Source of the DNA: an uncultured Chromatiaceae bacterium
Lineage (GTDB): Bacteria > Pseudomonadota > Gammaproteobacteria > Tenderiales > Tenderiaceae
NCBI GenBank assembly: GCA_945787735.1
Contig: CALZIQ010000002.1
Coordinates: 5,654 to 69,653 of the forward strand
Length of the DNA stretch: 64,000 bases
Direction of reading: 5' to 3'
Positions 9,553 through 19,238 of the stretch are shown piece after piece. The position numbers were made by a program, and so were the translations under genes. A model generated the notes under the pieces. That model was not told where the DNA came from and made no database searches. It saw only the letters and a list, made by a program, of their open reading frames with translations. Every line of letters begins with the position of its first letter. The stretch's first letter is position 1.

Positions 9553-11387
9553 CAATCTTTGATGTTTGCTTGATTAAGTGTTTTTCTTTCAATGTAAACC
9601 ATAATTGGGTATGCCATCCAGAGTAACAGAATCGCCAATAGCAAACAGATGGCTGTCCAATTGGCAACGCTCAACCAGCCGGGTATTGAAAAGACGAAGG
9701 GTTGGTAGCTGACAAAGGCTTTTGCTTGTTCCACTTGTTGCACTGAGAAATGGTCGCCGGGTTTGCAGTTGTTTGCATCACCAAAAACATAGCAGGCAGG
9801 GTTCTTGAGATTGAAGTAACCATCTTTTACCCAAGATGCTTCGCCCGGAATAAGTGTGCCCCTGGGGAAGTGTTCAAGCCGGTAACCGAACAAGGGCTCA
9901 TAGCAAAGTAATTGAGAGGCACCCTGCACAAGGGTGTTATTACGATAAGGTGGAATGGCTGGCTTGCCATGCTGATCCCGAAACATGGTGAGTTTGTTAA
10001 TGACTTGAGCGTGATTAGTTTTCTTTGCTTCAGCATATCCATCGACGATGGTGTCCGTTTTGTAAGACTGATTTGTGTAGTAGCTCCGTTCAACATTGAA
10101 GTTGATCATCACAACAGAAATAATGGCAATTGCGCTGATGTAAGGCAAGAAACGTTTTACATGTGATGTTTTTTCCAGCAGGATCATTGCAATCAAGATG
10201 AATATAGGGATGAAGGCGGAAAACCAACGTACTAGGGAGCTGCTGTCTTTAAGGATTGGTGTCTCTTTTAGCAAGGCATTCCAGTCAGGGGTGTAGATGT
10301 TGAGTGCCATCGGTATGCTTAGAACAAATGCCAGTACGCCTAATTGCAGCCAGGTACTTGTGTTTTGAGCCTTGATACAGGTTTTGATACCGCTGAAGTT
10401 TTTTATCAACAGTGCAGTGCTGACAATCATCACCAGCAAAGGAATAAAGGTGATGCCGTATTCAAACTCGTGTCTTGCCGGCGGCCATTGAACATTGGTC
10501 AGCAACTCGGTTGTGCTGGGCGAGGGTTGAAAAAACAGTATGTCAAAAACAAGCCTGAGCAGATCCCAGAGAGAGCCAGCCCCAGGCAGTAGATAGTCCG
10601 TGCGCTCAAAGTTGCTGACATACATGATTGATGGAGCCAGTTTTGGCAGTGCCAGGATGATGCTCAGTCCGCCTGCAATAACCATATTCAACCAGAAACG
10701 ATGAACGTTTCCGTACATGAGGCCATGCAGTGTGCCAATGAAAATCAATATCAGGATGACAGGCAGGATCAGGTGGATCATGCCCGAGTAGATCATGTAA
10801 CCGAGTAAGAGGGTGGCAATGGAAAGACGCATTAGTGTCTTCAGATCAAAATATTTTGTCTGGTCGCCCTTGGGTAACAACAGAAAAGCGATCAAGGGTG
10901 TCAGCATAAAGGCGTGGTAAGTGAGATGGCCAATAACAATGCGGTGAGAAAAAAATCCGTTAAACATAAACAGAGCACCACCAAGCAAGGCCGTGGCGAT
11001 AGCGGTTTTAAAGCCGATGCGTAACAGCAGATAAAAACCGGTAAATCCCAGGGCAGCGAAGACCAGCAGGGTAAGGTATGAAGCCGTGAGTGGATCGATA
11101 AAATATGTTAGCCACTGTGGCAAGGAGTAGTACAGGTTGATTGGGCTGGCGAATGCCGGTAGGCCGCCGCAAAAGGCAGGGGTGAACCACTCGGGTGTCA
11201 ACGGACCGTTGTTAAGCTGCCAGTAATAACCATCCAACAGGGCGGGCAGGAAATAGGCATAGTCATGGCCTGCAGTGCCATTTTCGGTTGGAAAATAAGC
11301 AGAGAAGATCCAGTGGTAGCACAGTAGCAGAATGGCACCGCTGGCAGTGACTAGTATGAATTCGCCTGAGCGTGGGTTCAACTGCAT
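9552..11387 (-). CDS. Polytopic membrane protein, probable GT-C fold glycosyltransferase
   Basis: Many TM segments; first loop GHD...WFTPAFCGGLPAFA resembles the W.P....G.P motif of YfhO-like/GT-C proteins; Cys-containing extracytoplasmic domain near the C-terminus; coupled to the GtrB-like gene. Confidence 0.6.
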   Translation of the reverse strand: MQLNPRSGEFILVTASGAILLLCYHWIFSAYFPTENGTAGHDYAYFLPALLDGYYWQLNNGPLTPEWFTPAFCGGLPAFASPINLYYSLPQWLTYFIDPLTASYLTLLVFAALGFTGFYLLLRIGFKTAIATALLGGALFMFNGFFSHRIVIGHLTYHAFMLTPLIAFLLLPKGDQTKYFDLKTLMRLSIATLLLGYMIYSGMIHLILPVILILIFIGTLHGLMYGNVHRFWLNMVIAGGLSIILALPKLAPSIMYVSNFERTDYLLPGAGSLWDLLRLVFDILFFQPSPSTTELLTNVQWPPARHEFEYGITFIPLLVMIVSTALLIKNFSGIKTCIKAQNTSTWLQLGVLAFVLSIPMALNIYTPDWNALLKETPILKDSSSLVRWFSAFIPIFILIAMILLEKTSHVKRFLPYISAIAIISVVMINFNVERSYYTNQSYKTDTIVDGYAEAKKTNHAQVINKLTMFRDQHGKPAIPPYRNNTLVQGASQLLCYEPLFGYRLEHFPRGTLIPGEASWVKDGYFNLKNPACYVFGDANNCKPGDHFSVQQVEQAKAFVSYQPFVFSIPGWLSVANWTAICLLLAILLLWMAYPIMVYIERKTLNQANIKD

Positions 11388-11406
11388 TGAGGACCTTGTA
11401 ATGTTT

Positions 11407-12135
11407 TTATGTTGGCGACTTTAGCACAGCCAACAGGGAAACCCCGAACGGTAACCGCGACCCCGGAATGAAGATTCTTTCACTCGCGAACAGCCGGGTT
11501 AGAACATGATTGATGGGCCGGGATGGCAAGTTAATTTCAGCCTCACTTTCACTCTTCCAGCGCTGGATGAATCTTGTCATGGCGATCAGCGGGAACAGCC
11601 AGGTATTAAAATAGCTGATGTATTCAAGCTCCAGGTCGGCCGCTTTGGCGGTTTGCTTTAGCTGGGTTGCCGTGTAACGCCGCTTATGGTGATGTGCTTC
11701 GTCATGAGGTCCCCACAATAGCTGAAATGCCGGCACAGTGAGCAAGATACGGCCGCCTTCTGCCAGACGTGCATTTAGAGCTTCCAGACTGGCGCGGTCA
11801 TCATCGATGTGTTCCAGCACATCAAGCAAGACGATTAGATCGAAACTATTGGCGGGATGGGGAATTGTATCCGGTAGATGGCCAGGCAGGATTTCGCCGA
11901 GCTGGAGGCTGCTGGCATATTCTCTGGCATCATCATTCATCTCCATGCCTTTGACTTCGCCATATTGGTTCAGCATTGCCAAGTTGCCGCCTGTGCCGCA
12001 ACCGGCGTCCAGGATGTGAGCTGCTTTGGGTAGTGACATTGATTGAATCACCGATTCGACAATCCGACGGCGGCCAACAAACCACCAGTGCTCATTCTCC
12101 ACCTCACGCATCTTTTGATAGATCTGCTTATCCAT
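11407..12135 (-). CDS. Class I SAM-dependent methyltransferase
   Basis: EHWWFVGRR, ILDAGCGTG, LDVLEHI, TVPA..LW..HD...HKRRY; type usually linked to GtrB cassettes. Confidence 0.9.
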   Translation of the reverse strand: MDKQIYQKMREVENEHWWFVGRRRIVESVIQSMSLPKAAHILDAGCGTGGNLAMLNQYGEVKGMEMNDDAREYASSLQLGEILPGHLPDTIPHPANSFDLIVLLDVLEHIDDDRASLEALNARLAEGGRILLTVPAFQLLWGPHDEAHHHKRRYTATQLKQTAKAADLELEYISYFNTWLFPLIAMTRFIQRWKSESEAEINLPSRPINHVLTRLFASERIFIPGSRLPFGVSLLAVLKSPT

Positions 12136-12237
12136 ATAGGGAAAGACGTCTGCTCTGAGGTGTGTGGGTTGCCATGAAGGCAGAGATTATAACCATTTCA
12201 TGATTCTGTGTAGAGGCCGATATATGTATGTCGGTCG

Positions 12238-13029
12238 TTGTTTTTGTTCATAAAATCTACAGAGGTCCACAGTTTGGAAAGCGCTTACGATTTGGTTGAT
12301 TTGCAGGAGACACTTTACAGCTCCGCCAATCCCACCCGCCGTTGGCTGCATTGTATGCGGCGCGACTGGATAATTTCGGCCATGCAGCGCTATCAAGCAG
12401 CTGAGGCAAGGCAGGCATTGGAGATTGGGCCGGGTTCAGGTGTCTATCTGCCGGAGCTGGCGCGTTTGTATCAGCAGGTGTATGCATCCGATATTGAAAT
12501 GGCCTATCTTGAGAATGCCTGCCAACGTCTGAAGCACATATCCAATCTAAATATCAGGACCGATGATATAACAGATAGTCAGTTGCCGGCAGGGAGCTTC
12601 GATTTTATTCTCTGCACCGAAGTCATCGAGCATATCGAGGATTCGCAGCGTGCTTTGGCACAGATGTGGCGTCTGCTCCGGCCCGGCGGTGTATTGCTGC
12701 TGTCGACGCCACAGCGTTACAGTCCGCTTGAGCAGACAGCAAAGATCGCTTTTCTGCCCGGCATGATTCAATTGGTCAGGATGATCTACAATGAGCCGGT
12801 GATGGAAACCGGTCATATCAATTTGCTTACCGAGGTTGAACTCAGACAGCAAATTGATGCCGCCGGCTTCACGGTTGCTGAGAGCCATAAAAGCGGGTTT
12901 TATATTCCGCTGGTGGCAGAGTTTCTCGGCAAAAGTGGTTTAAAGCTTGAGCAACTGCTGGAACAGAAAATCAATGGCGGTCGGATGGACTGGTTGCTCT
13001 GGACGCAGTACTTTGTGCTAACAAAATGA
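12238..13029 (+). CDS. Class I SAM-dependent methyltransferase
   Basis: ALEIGPGSG, FDFILCTEVIEH, LRPGGVLLLSTP; true start may be TTG 12274 (GAGG upstream). Confidence 0.88.
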   Translation: MFLFIKSTEVHSLESAYDLVDLQETLYSSANPTRRWLHCMRRDWIISAMQRYQAAEARQALEIGPGSGVYLPELARLYQQVYASDIEMAYLENACQRLKHISNLNIRTDDITDSQLPAGSFDFILCTEVIEHIEDSQRALAQMWRLLRPGGVLLLSTPQRYSPLEQTAKIAFLPGMIQLVRMIYNEPVMETGHINLLTEVELRQQIDAAGFTVAESHKSGFYIPLVAEFLGKSGLKLEQLLEQKINGGRMDWLLWTQYFVLTK

Positions 13030-13060
13030 TTTTCCAGAACAATCAAATTAATAAATATTC

Positions 13061-14299
13061 ATGGCTGAGCAGAGTCAGATTCGTAAACATTTGCAAGAAA
13101 TTTTCGCTGCCGCGCTGGCGAGCGTGGATGGGCGCGCCTGTGTGCGCAATGCTCTGCGGCAACATGAGTATTCCTCAGCGCATAATGTAATTGCCATCGG
13201 TAAAGCCGCCCCGGCAATGTTGCAGGGTGCGCTTGATGAACTCTCCTATAAGATCAATCAAGGACTGCTAATCACCAAGCACGGCCATGCTGAGCTTGAC
13301 GCTTTTCCAAAAAATATAAAACTAATTGAGGCCGGCCACCCCTGGCCCGACCAAGCCAGCCTTTCCGCGGGCAAAGCCTTGCTCGATTTCATCAAAGCCA
13401 GGCCTGCCGATAGTCAGCTGCTGTTTTTGATCTCAGGCGGAGCCTCCAGCCTCGTCGAAGTCTTGTCTGATGACATCTCGCTGGATGAGCTTCACAAGGT
13501 CAACGACTGGTTATTAGGCAGTGGTTTAGATATCCACGCTATGAACCATGTGCGCAAAGCGATCTCATGCATTAAAGGGGGACGGTTGGCGCAACAGCTT
13601 GATGGTCGTCCGGCATTGGCCCTGTTGATCTCGGATGTGCCCGGTGATGATCCAAGCACCATCGGTTCTGGTTTGTTGGTGGCGGAGATTCTGGAACAGA
13701 CGGAAGCCCGCTTGGATTTGCCTGGCTGGATCGAAACCTTGATGCAAGCGGGTAAGCCAGCGCCGCAAGCGCATGATGACTGTTTTGATTCAATCAGCAT
13801 CGAGATCATTGCCAGTCTGCGTGACGCCAAGCATGCGGCGGCGGAAAAAGGTCGCGCCCTCGGTTATGAGGTCTATGAGCATGCTGCGACATTGGGTGGC
13901 GATGCGGTCATGTTGGGGCGGCAATTGGCCTCCGAACTGCTGGCAGGTCCAGACGTTCTGCATGTCTGGGGCGGGGAAACCACGGTGCGCTTGCCAAAAC
14001 AGCCGGGACGAGGCGGGCGTAATCAGCAGCTGGCCCTGGCCGCGGCGATTGAGCTTGAGGGTGAGGAGAAGCTGGCCTTGCTCGCTGCCGGTACTGACGG
14101 CACGGACGGTCCTACCGATGATGCCGGTGCGCTGGTGGATGGGCAGACGCTGGCGCGTGCTGAAGCGCAGGGGCTTGATGCGGAAACAGCGCTGAACCAT
14201 GCCGACGCCGGTGCCTTCCTTGCCGCCAGTGGCGACCTGATCCAGACAGGCCCGACTGGCACGAATGTGATGGACCTGATGCTTGGCCTGAAAGTCTGA
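13061..14299 (+). CDS. Glycerate 2-kinase (DUF4147/MOFRL, TtuD-like)
   Basis: IGKAA, AGHPWP, LISGGASSL, IKGGRLA, GGETTV, GGRNQ, GTDGTDG, TGPTGTNVMD. Confidence 0.93.
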   Translation: MAEQSQIRKHLQEIFAAALASVDGRACVRNALRQHEYSSAHNVIAIGKAAPAMLQGALDELSYKINQGLLITKHGHAELDAFPKNIKLIEAGHPWPDQASLSAGKALLDFIKARPADSQLLFLISGGASSLVEVLSDDISLDELHKVNDWLLGSGLDIHAMNHVRKAISCIKGGRLAQQLDGRPALALLISDVPGDDPSTIGSGLLVAEILEQTEARLDLPGWIETLMQAGKPAPQAHDDCFDSISIEIIASLRDAKHAAAEKGRALGYEVYEHAATLGGDAVMLGRQLASELLAGPDVLHVWGGETTVRLPKQPGRGGRNQQLALAAAIELEGEEKLALLAAGTDGTDGPTDDAGALVDGQTLARAEAQGLDAETALNHADAGAFLAASGDLIQTGPTGTNVMDLMLGLKV

Positions 14300-14433
14300 T
14301 CATCGCTAGACAATTTTGTCGAAAAGCCGGCGGGCTTGCTCGAGCGATCGTTCAGCGTAACAAAACAGTGATGGGATTAGGTGGAGGCTGCCCAGAGAAG
14401 CATCAAGTTTCACCAGGCAGCCATGTTGATGGG

Positions 14434-15105
14434 TTATTCAGTAATGGGGATCAGCGTTAGCTCTACGCGGCGATTGAGTGCGCGGCCTTCTTCTGTATTG
14501 TTGTCTGCGATAGGGCTCTTTTCGCCAAAACCGACTGTTTCAATACGTGCGGGTGTGATCTTTTTAGTGGCCAAATAGTCGGCAACAGCCCTGGCGCGGT
14601 CCTCCGAAAGTGTTTGATTATATGCGTCTGTGCCTCGGCTGTCGGTGTAGCCAGCAATGGCGATTATGGTTTGATTAAACTCTTCTAGTACTAGCGCGAC
14701 TGAATCCAGAATCTCATAAAAATCAGATCTCAGATCACGGCCATTGGTGGGAAAAGTGATATTGCCTGGCATGATGAGATTAATGTTGTCGCCATCGCGT
14801 TCGACGCTAACGCCAGTGCTGCGTAATTGTTTTCTCAGTTTTGCTTCTTGCGTATCCATGTAATAGCCGACGCCGCCGCCGATAATGGCGCCTATGCCAG
14901 CGTCACGTAGCATTCGTTTTTTGCGTTCGCTGCTGCTTTTATCTTTGTTTGCCAAATAAGACAGGATGAGTGTGGTACCTGCCCCAATGCCTGCACCTTT
15001 GGCGGTGTTAGTGGTTTTTTTTTCGCCGGTGTAAGCGTCGAAGGTTGTACAGCCGCTGACCATCATTACGCTGGCAAGACTGATAGCAATAATTGATTTT
15101 TTCAT
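14434..15105 (-). CDS. OmpA-family lipoprotein (YiaD-like)
   Basis: MKK..lipobox VSGC, glycine zipper, GYTDSRG...NQTLSEDRA, GRALNRRVE. Confidence 0.92.
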   Translation of the reverse strand: MKKSIIAISLASVMMVSGCTTFDAYTGEKKTTNTAKGAGIGAGTTLILSYLANKDKSSSERKKRMLRDAGIGAIIGGGVGYYMDTQEAKLRKQLRSTGVSVERDGDNINLIMPGNITFPTNGRDLRSDFYEILDSVALVLEEFNQTIIAIAGYTDSRGTDAYNQTLSEDRARAVADYLATKKITPARIETVGFGEKSPIADNNTEEGRALNRRVELTLIPITE

Positions 15106-15558
15106 AGTGTTAGGGTCCATCAGGTTAATTCGTGAACGGTTTAATTCTGTAGACGGTTGCATGAATTAGAAACCGAATATGTGAATATCCATGTTTGGAT
15201 ATGCTTCATCATTTTATTATATTCACATCAGCTATGCATGTGCGAGGTTGAAGTTTAATGAAATGTAAAACTAATGTGTCCTTAACGTGGTTTTTTTGGC
15301 ATGTTTGCAGGGCCAGCATTTGCCAGTGCCTTACAGACTGGAATTTGTGTCTGCAGAAAATCAGGAAGTAGGGTGTCAGAGCAAGCCTGAACATGAGTTT
15401 TACTTGCTGATTTTAAAGAGAAAATCACAGGAGGGCGAAGGTCTGACCCATGATTTAAACTGGTTGTCTGTATCAAACAGGGCCGACAGGAACGAATGTT
15501 GAGGATATAATGCAGAGCATAATAAAAGTGTGTTCAGAGCAGAGGGGTATCGGAACTC

Positions 15559-17253
15559 ATGGCAAAGCAGGGTGGACTGGCCGCGACCAGAGCAAAGCAA
15601 AAAGCTGCTAAGTTGCTGAGCAGAAAAGATATTCACGCTGCTCGCGCGGCGTATCAAAAGGTCTGTGAACTGGCGCCGAATGACGCCAATGCCTGGCTGG
15701 CGCTGGGAGAAGTCAGCGGCATGATGCGTGACGTGCAGGGGGCGGAAAAGGCCTATCAGCAAGCCCTATCATTTAATCGTGACCTGCCTCAGGCACATCT
15801 TAATCTCGGCCGCCTGGCGGCTAGGCGCGGCCAGTGGCCGGTCGCTGAAGAGCATCAGCGAGCCCTTTTAGACCTGCAACCCAACAATCTGAGGACCTAC
15901 CTCGAGTTGGGTGTGACTCTCGAAGGACAGGGCAAGCAGGACGAGGCAGAGTCAATCTATCGTCAGGCCCTATCCATGGATGATAGCCGTGCAGAGCTGC
16001 ATGTTGCCTTGGGACGGGTGTTGCGAGAGCAAGGCCAGTTTGCCGAGGCAAAACCGTTAATTCAGCGAGCCTTACAAATTTCGCCTGATATGGCCCTCGG
16101 ACACCTTGAAAAGGCACATCTACTGCGTCGGGAGAAAAAATATGAGGCGGCGCTTGAGGCCTATCAACAGTTTGGAAGGCTTGCCCCACAAGAACGACTG
16201 AGCTTTTTATCCAATTGTGGTGGTGTATTGGCTGAGCTGGAACGTACCGAAGAGGCGCTAAGCTGCTACGACCAACTTGTTAAAGAGTTTCCTCAATCTG
16301 CGGATGCCCATCTTGCCCGTGCCATGCAGCTTTTGGTGTTGGGTCGGTTTGAAGAAGGCTTGCGCGAATATGAATGGCGCCGCGCCTCTGCCGAATGGCG
16401 CAATGGCGACAGAGGTTATTCCACCTTACAGCCCTTGTGGCAGGGAGAGCCCCTGCAGGGTGAGAAGATGTTGGTCTATGTCGAGCAGGGTTTTGGCGAT
16501 ACGCTCCAGTTTTGCCGTTATCTGCCCAAACTTGCTGAGATGGGCGCGACGGTGCACTTTCATTGTCAGCCCGAGTTATACGGCTTGTTGTCGAGTCTTG
16601 CCGGTGTGGCACAACTCGAGACCCGAGATTTTAACAAGGTCGATCCAAGTGGATTTGATTATTACGTTCCCATCATGAGCCTGCCCTATCTGTTGGATAC
16701 AAATGCCGATAATATTCCTGCAGATACACCCTATTTGCAGGCCGACAGCGAACGAAAATCATATTGGCAGCAACGCCTGGCGCAAGGCAGTTTCAAGGTT
16801 GGAGTGGTCTGGGCCGGTTCTGGTGGGCATCTCAAAGACAAACGCCGTTCCCTCAATCTGTCTGAGTTGGCACCGTTGTCGGAGTTAAACAATATTGCCT
16901 GGTACAGTCTGCAAAAAGGCGCGGCTGAACAGCAGTTGGCGGATGAAGATTCAGTGTTGGAAATCACCAATCTATCAGCACAAATAAACGATTTTTCAGA
17001 TACAGCCGCCATCATCGCCAATCTTGATCTGGTGATCAGTGTCGATACGTCTGTTGCCCATCTGGCCGGAGCTTTGGGTGTTCCAGCCTGGGTGATGTTA
17101 TTTAACGGTCCGGACTGGCGCTGGCAGCTAAAGCGCGAGGACAGCCCCTGGTATTCGACGCTGCGTTTATTCCGTCAGCCCCCCGGAGAAGAGTGGTCCA
17201 CAGTGGTTGAATCCATTGCCACCGCCCTCAAAGAAACCGTAAACGACGCCTAA
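15559..17253 (+). CDS. TPR-repeat protein with C-terminal glycosyltransferase (GT9-like) domain
   Basis: Multiple TPRs then YEWR...WQGE...EQGFGDTLQFCRY...VGVVWAG...DLVISVDTSVAHLAGALG...DWRW...SPWY. Confidence 0.88.
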   Translation: MAKQGGLAATRAKQKAAKLLSRKDIHAARAAYQKVCELAPNDANAWLALGEVSGMMRDVQGAEKAYQQALSFNRDLPQAHLNLGRLAARRGQWPVAEEHQRALLDLQPNNLRTYLELGVTLEGQGKQDEAESIYRQALSMDDSRAELHVALGRVLREQGQFAEAKPLIQRALQISPDMALGHLEKAHLLRREKKYEAALEAYQQFGRLAPQERLSFLSNCGGVLAELERTEEALSCYDQLVKEFPQSADAHLARAMQLLVLGRFEEGLREYEWRRASAEWRNGDRGYSTLQPLWQGEPLQGEKMLVYVEQGFGDTLQFCRYLPKLAEMGATVHFHCQPELYGLLSSLAGVAQLETRDFNKVDPSGFDYYVPIMSLPYLLDTNADNIPADTPYLQADSERKSYWQQRLAQGSFKVGVVWAGSGGHLKDKRRSLNLSELAPLSELNNIAWYSLQKGAAEQQLADEDSVLEITNLSAQINDFSDTAAIIANLDLVISVDTSVAHLAGALGVPAWVMLFNGPDWRWQLKREDSPWYSTLRLFRQPPGEEWSTVVESIATALKETVNDA

Positions 17254-17269
17254 CGGCGATCGCCAGATA

Positions 17270-18097
17270 ATGGCAAGTAACAGCCAACAGGCGCAAGACC
17301 TGTTTACTGCAGCGCAGATTTGCCTTGATGCTAGCGAGCCGGAAGAAAAGCTTCACCTGACTCAACACTATGCCCAGGCCTGGCGTGATGAAATACTTTC
17401 TCTTGATGCAGGCGCGCCACCTCAACCCATTAGTGAACCCGGTCGTCCGCTAAAACCAGAACTGGTGCCTCCGGGCGATGTACCCAAACGGGGTCTCGGC
17501 ACAGCCGAAGGCCGCGCCGCTTTACTTCATGCCGTCACCCACATTGAATTTAACGCCATCAATCTGGCTTGGGATGCGGTCTATCGTTTTCGCGATATGC
17601 CGTCTCAGTTCTATTCAGATTGGGTGAGGGTGGCGGACGAGGAGGCCTATCACTTTCAACTGTTGCGCCAACGTCTCAACGACATGGGATATGACTATGG
17701 TGATTTTGCTGCGCACAACGGCCTGTGGGATACGGCGCAAAAGACGGCTTTCGACCCCATGGTGCGCATGGCCTTGGTGCCGCGAGTGTTAGAGGCGCGT
17801 GGTTTGGATGTAACGCCAGGCATGATGAAACGTTTACGTCATGTCGGCGATATAGAATCAGTGTCGGCGTTGGAGATTATTCTGCGTGATGAAGTTGGCC
17901 ATGTGGAAATTGGCTCGCGCTGGTTTAAATATTTTTGTGACCAGCGTGGCTTAAACATGGAGCAGACCTTTCGTGAACTCATCAGCCAGTATTTCGCCGG
18001 TCAATTGCGTGGTCCGTTTAATGATGAGGCTCGCATCAAGGCGGGGTTTAGCGAGGCCGAACTGCGGGCGCTTGAAGCAATGGATACAGGGGCGTAG
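17270..18097 (+). CDS. Ferritin-like DUF455 protein
   Basis: PGRP..P, LHAVTHIEFNAINLAWD, DEEAYHF, EARGLDVTP, DEVGHV: di-iron ligand pattern. Confidence 0.9.
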   Translation: MASNSQQAQDLFTAAQICLDASEPEEKLHLTQHYAQAWRDEILSLDAGAPPQPISEPGRPLKPELVPPGDVPKRGLGTAEGRAALLHAVTHIEFNAINLAWDAVYRFRDMPSQFYSDWVRVADEEAYHFQLLRQRLNDMGYDYGDFAAHNGLWDTAQKTAFDPMVRMALVPRVLEARGLDVTPGMMKRLRHVGDIESVSALEIILRDEVGHVEIGSRWFKYFCDQRGLNMEQTFRELISQYFAGQLRGPFNDEARIKAGFSEAELRALEAMDTGA

Positions 18098-18134
18098 ACT
18101 CAAATCAAAAGGCCGTTAATGGAGATGGAGATCC

Positions 18135-19238
18135 GTGAATCACGCGTACTTCTTGGCCAGAGAAAGTTTTCAGACGCTCATCGATGTATTGGGTTCTCAA
18201 GGATATCGTTGCCTTGCTCCTCAAGCGCGTGACGGTGCCATTGTCTTTGATGATCTCGATAATGTCTCTCAGCTTCCCGTTGGCGTGCATGACCAGCAAA
18301 CGCCCGGCGCCTATCTATTAACACGCTCAGAATCTCAACGTTATTTTGCCTGGGCCAACGGCCCGCAGGCCCTCAAACCCTTACTGTTTTCACCGCGCGA
18401 GACTCTCTGGCGCGCCGAGCGTGATGCAGAGGGCAAACTTTCATTTGTGATAGCCAGCCCCAAGACTGAGAAAACTGCCGTGATCGGTGTGCGCAGTTGT
18501 GACCTGGCAGCCATGCGCATTCAGGATCAGGTTTTTCTTGAGCAGGAATATAAAGACGATAGCTATCAGGCGCGGCGCGAAGCGCTATTCACCGTGGCGG
18601 TAAATTGCAGTCATCCAGCCGAGACCTGTTTCTGTGCTTCTACCGGGGATGGTCCTACGGCGAAATCAGGCTATGACTTGGTGCTGACTGAGCTGGATGA
18701 AGGCTTTCTGATCAATGCCGGTTCCGTCGCCGGAGAAGATGCCTTGAAGCAAATGCAGCTTGATCAGGTTTCGGATCAACAATATTTCGCTGCTGCTGAA
18801 CAGGCCATACATGCGGCAGAAGTGCAAACACGCAAACTGCCAGCAAAAGTGAATGAAGTATTGCTCGATAATTTGGATCACGCACACTGGCAGGAAGTCG
18901 CCGAGCGCTGTCTTTCTTGTGCTAATTGCACCATGGTCTGTCCCACCTGTTTTTGTCACAAGGAAGTTGAGCAGCCAGAGTTAAATGGTGAAACCACTGA
19001 GCACTTGCGCGAGTGGGATTCCTGTTTCACCCAAGGCCACAGTTACATCCATGGATTTGTCATTCGACAGGAAACAGAAAAACGCTATCGCCAATGGCTG
19101 ACGCATAAACTGGCCACCTGGGTGCAACAATTCGGGAACAGTGGGTGTGTAGGCTGTGGCCGTTGCATCGCCTGGTGTCCGGCGGCGATTGATCTGACCG
19201 AAGAGGCCAATGCCATTGCGGAGACTCGTGATGATTAA
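18135..19238 (+). CDS. hydB: Group 3b [NiFe] hydrogenase (sulfhydrogenase) beta subunit, 4Fe-4S
   Basis: GVRSCD, CFCASTG, CLSCANCTMVCPTCFC, CVGCGRCIAWCP. Confidence 0.9.
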   Translation: MNHAYFLARESFQTLIDVLGSQGYRCLAPQARDGAIVFDDLDNVSQLPVGVHDQQTPGAYLLTRSESQRYFAWANGPQALKPLLFSPRETLWRAERDAEGKLSFVIASPKTEKTAVIGVRSCDLAAMRIQDQVFLEQEYKDDSYQARREALFTVAVNCSHPAETCFCASTGDGPTAKSGYDLVLTELDEGFLINAGSVAGEDALKQMQLDQVSDQQYFAAAEQAIHAAEVQTRKLPAKVNEVLLDNLDHAHWQEVAERCLSCANCTMVCPTCFCHKEVEQPELNGETTEHLREWDSCFTQGHSYIHGFVIRQETEKRYRQWLTHKLATWVQQFGNSGCVGCGRCIAWCPAAIDLTEEANAIAETRDD

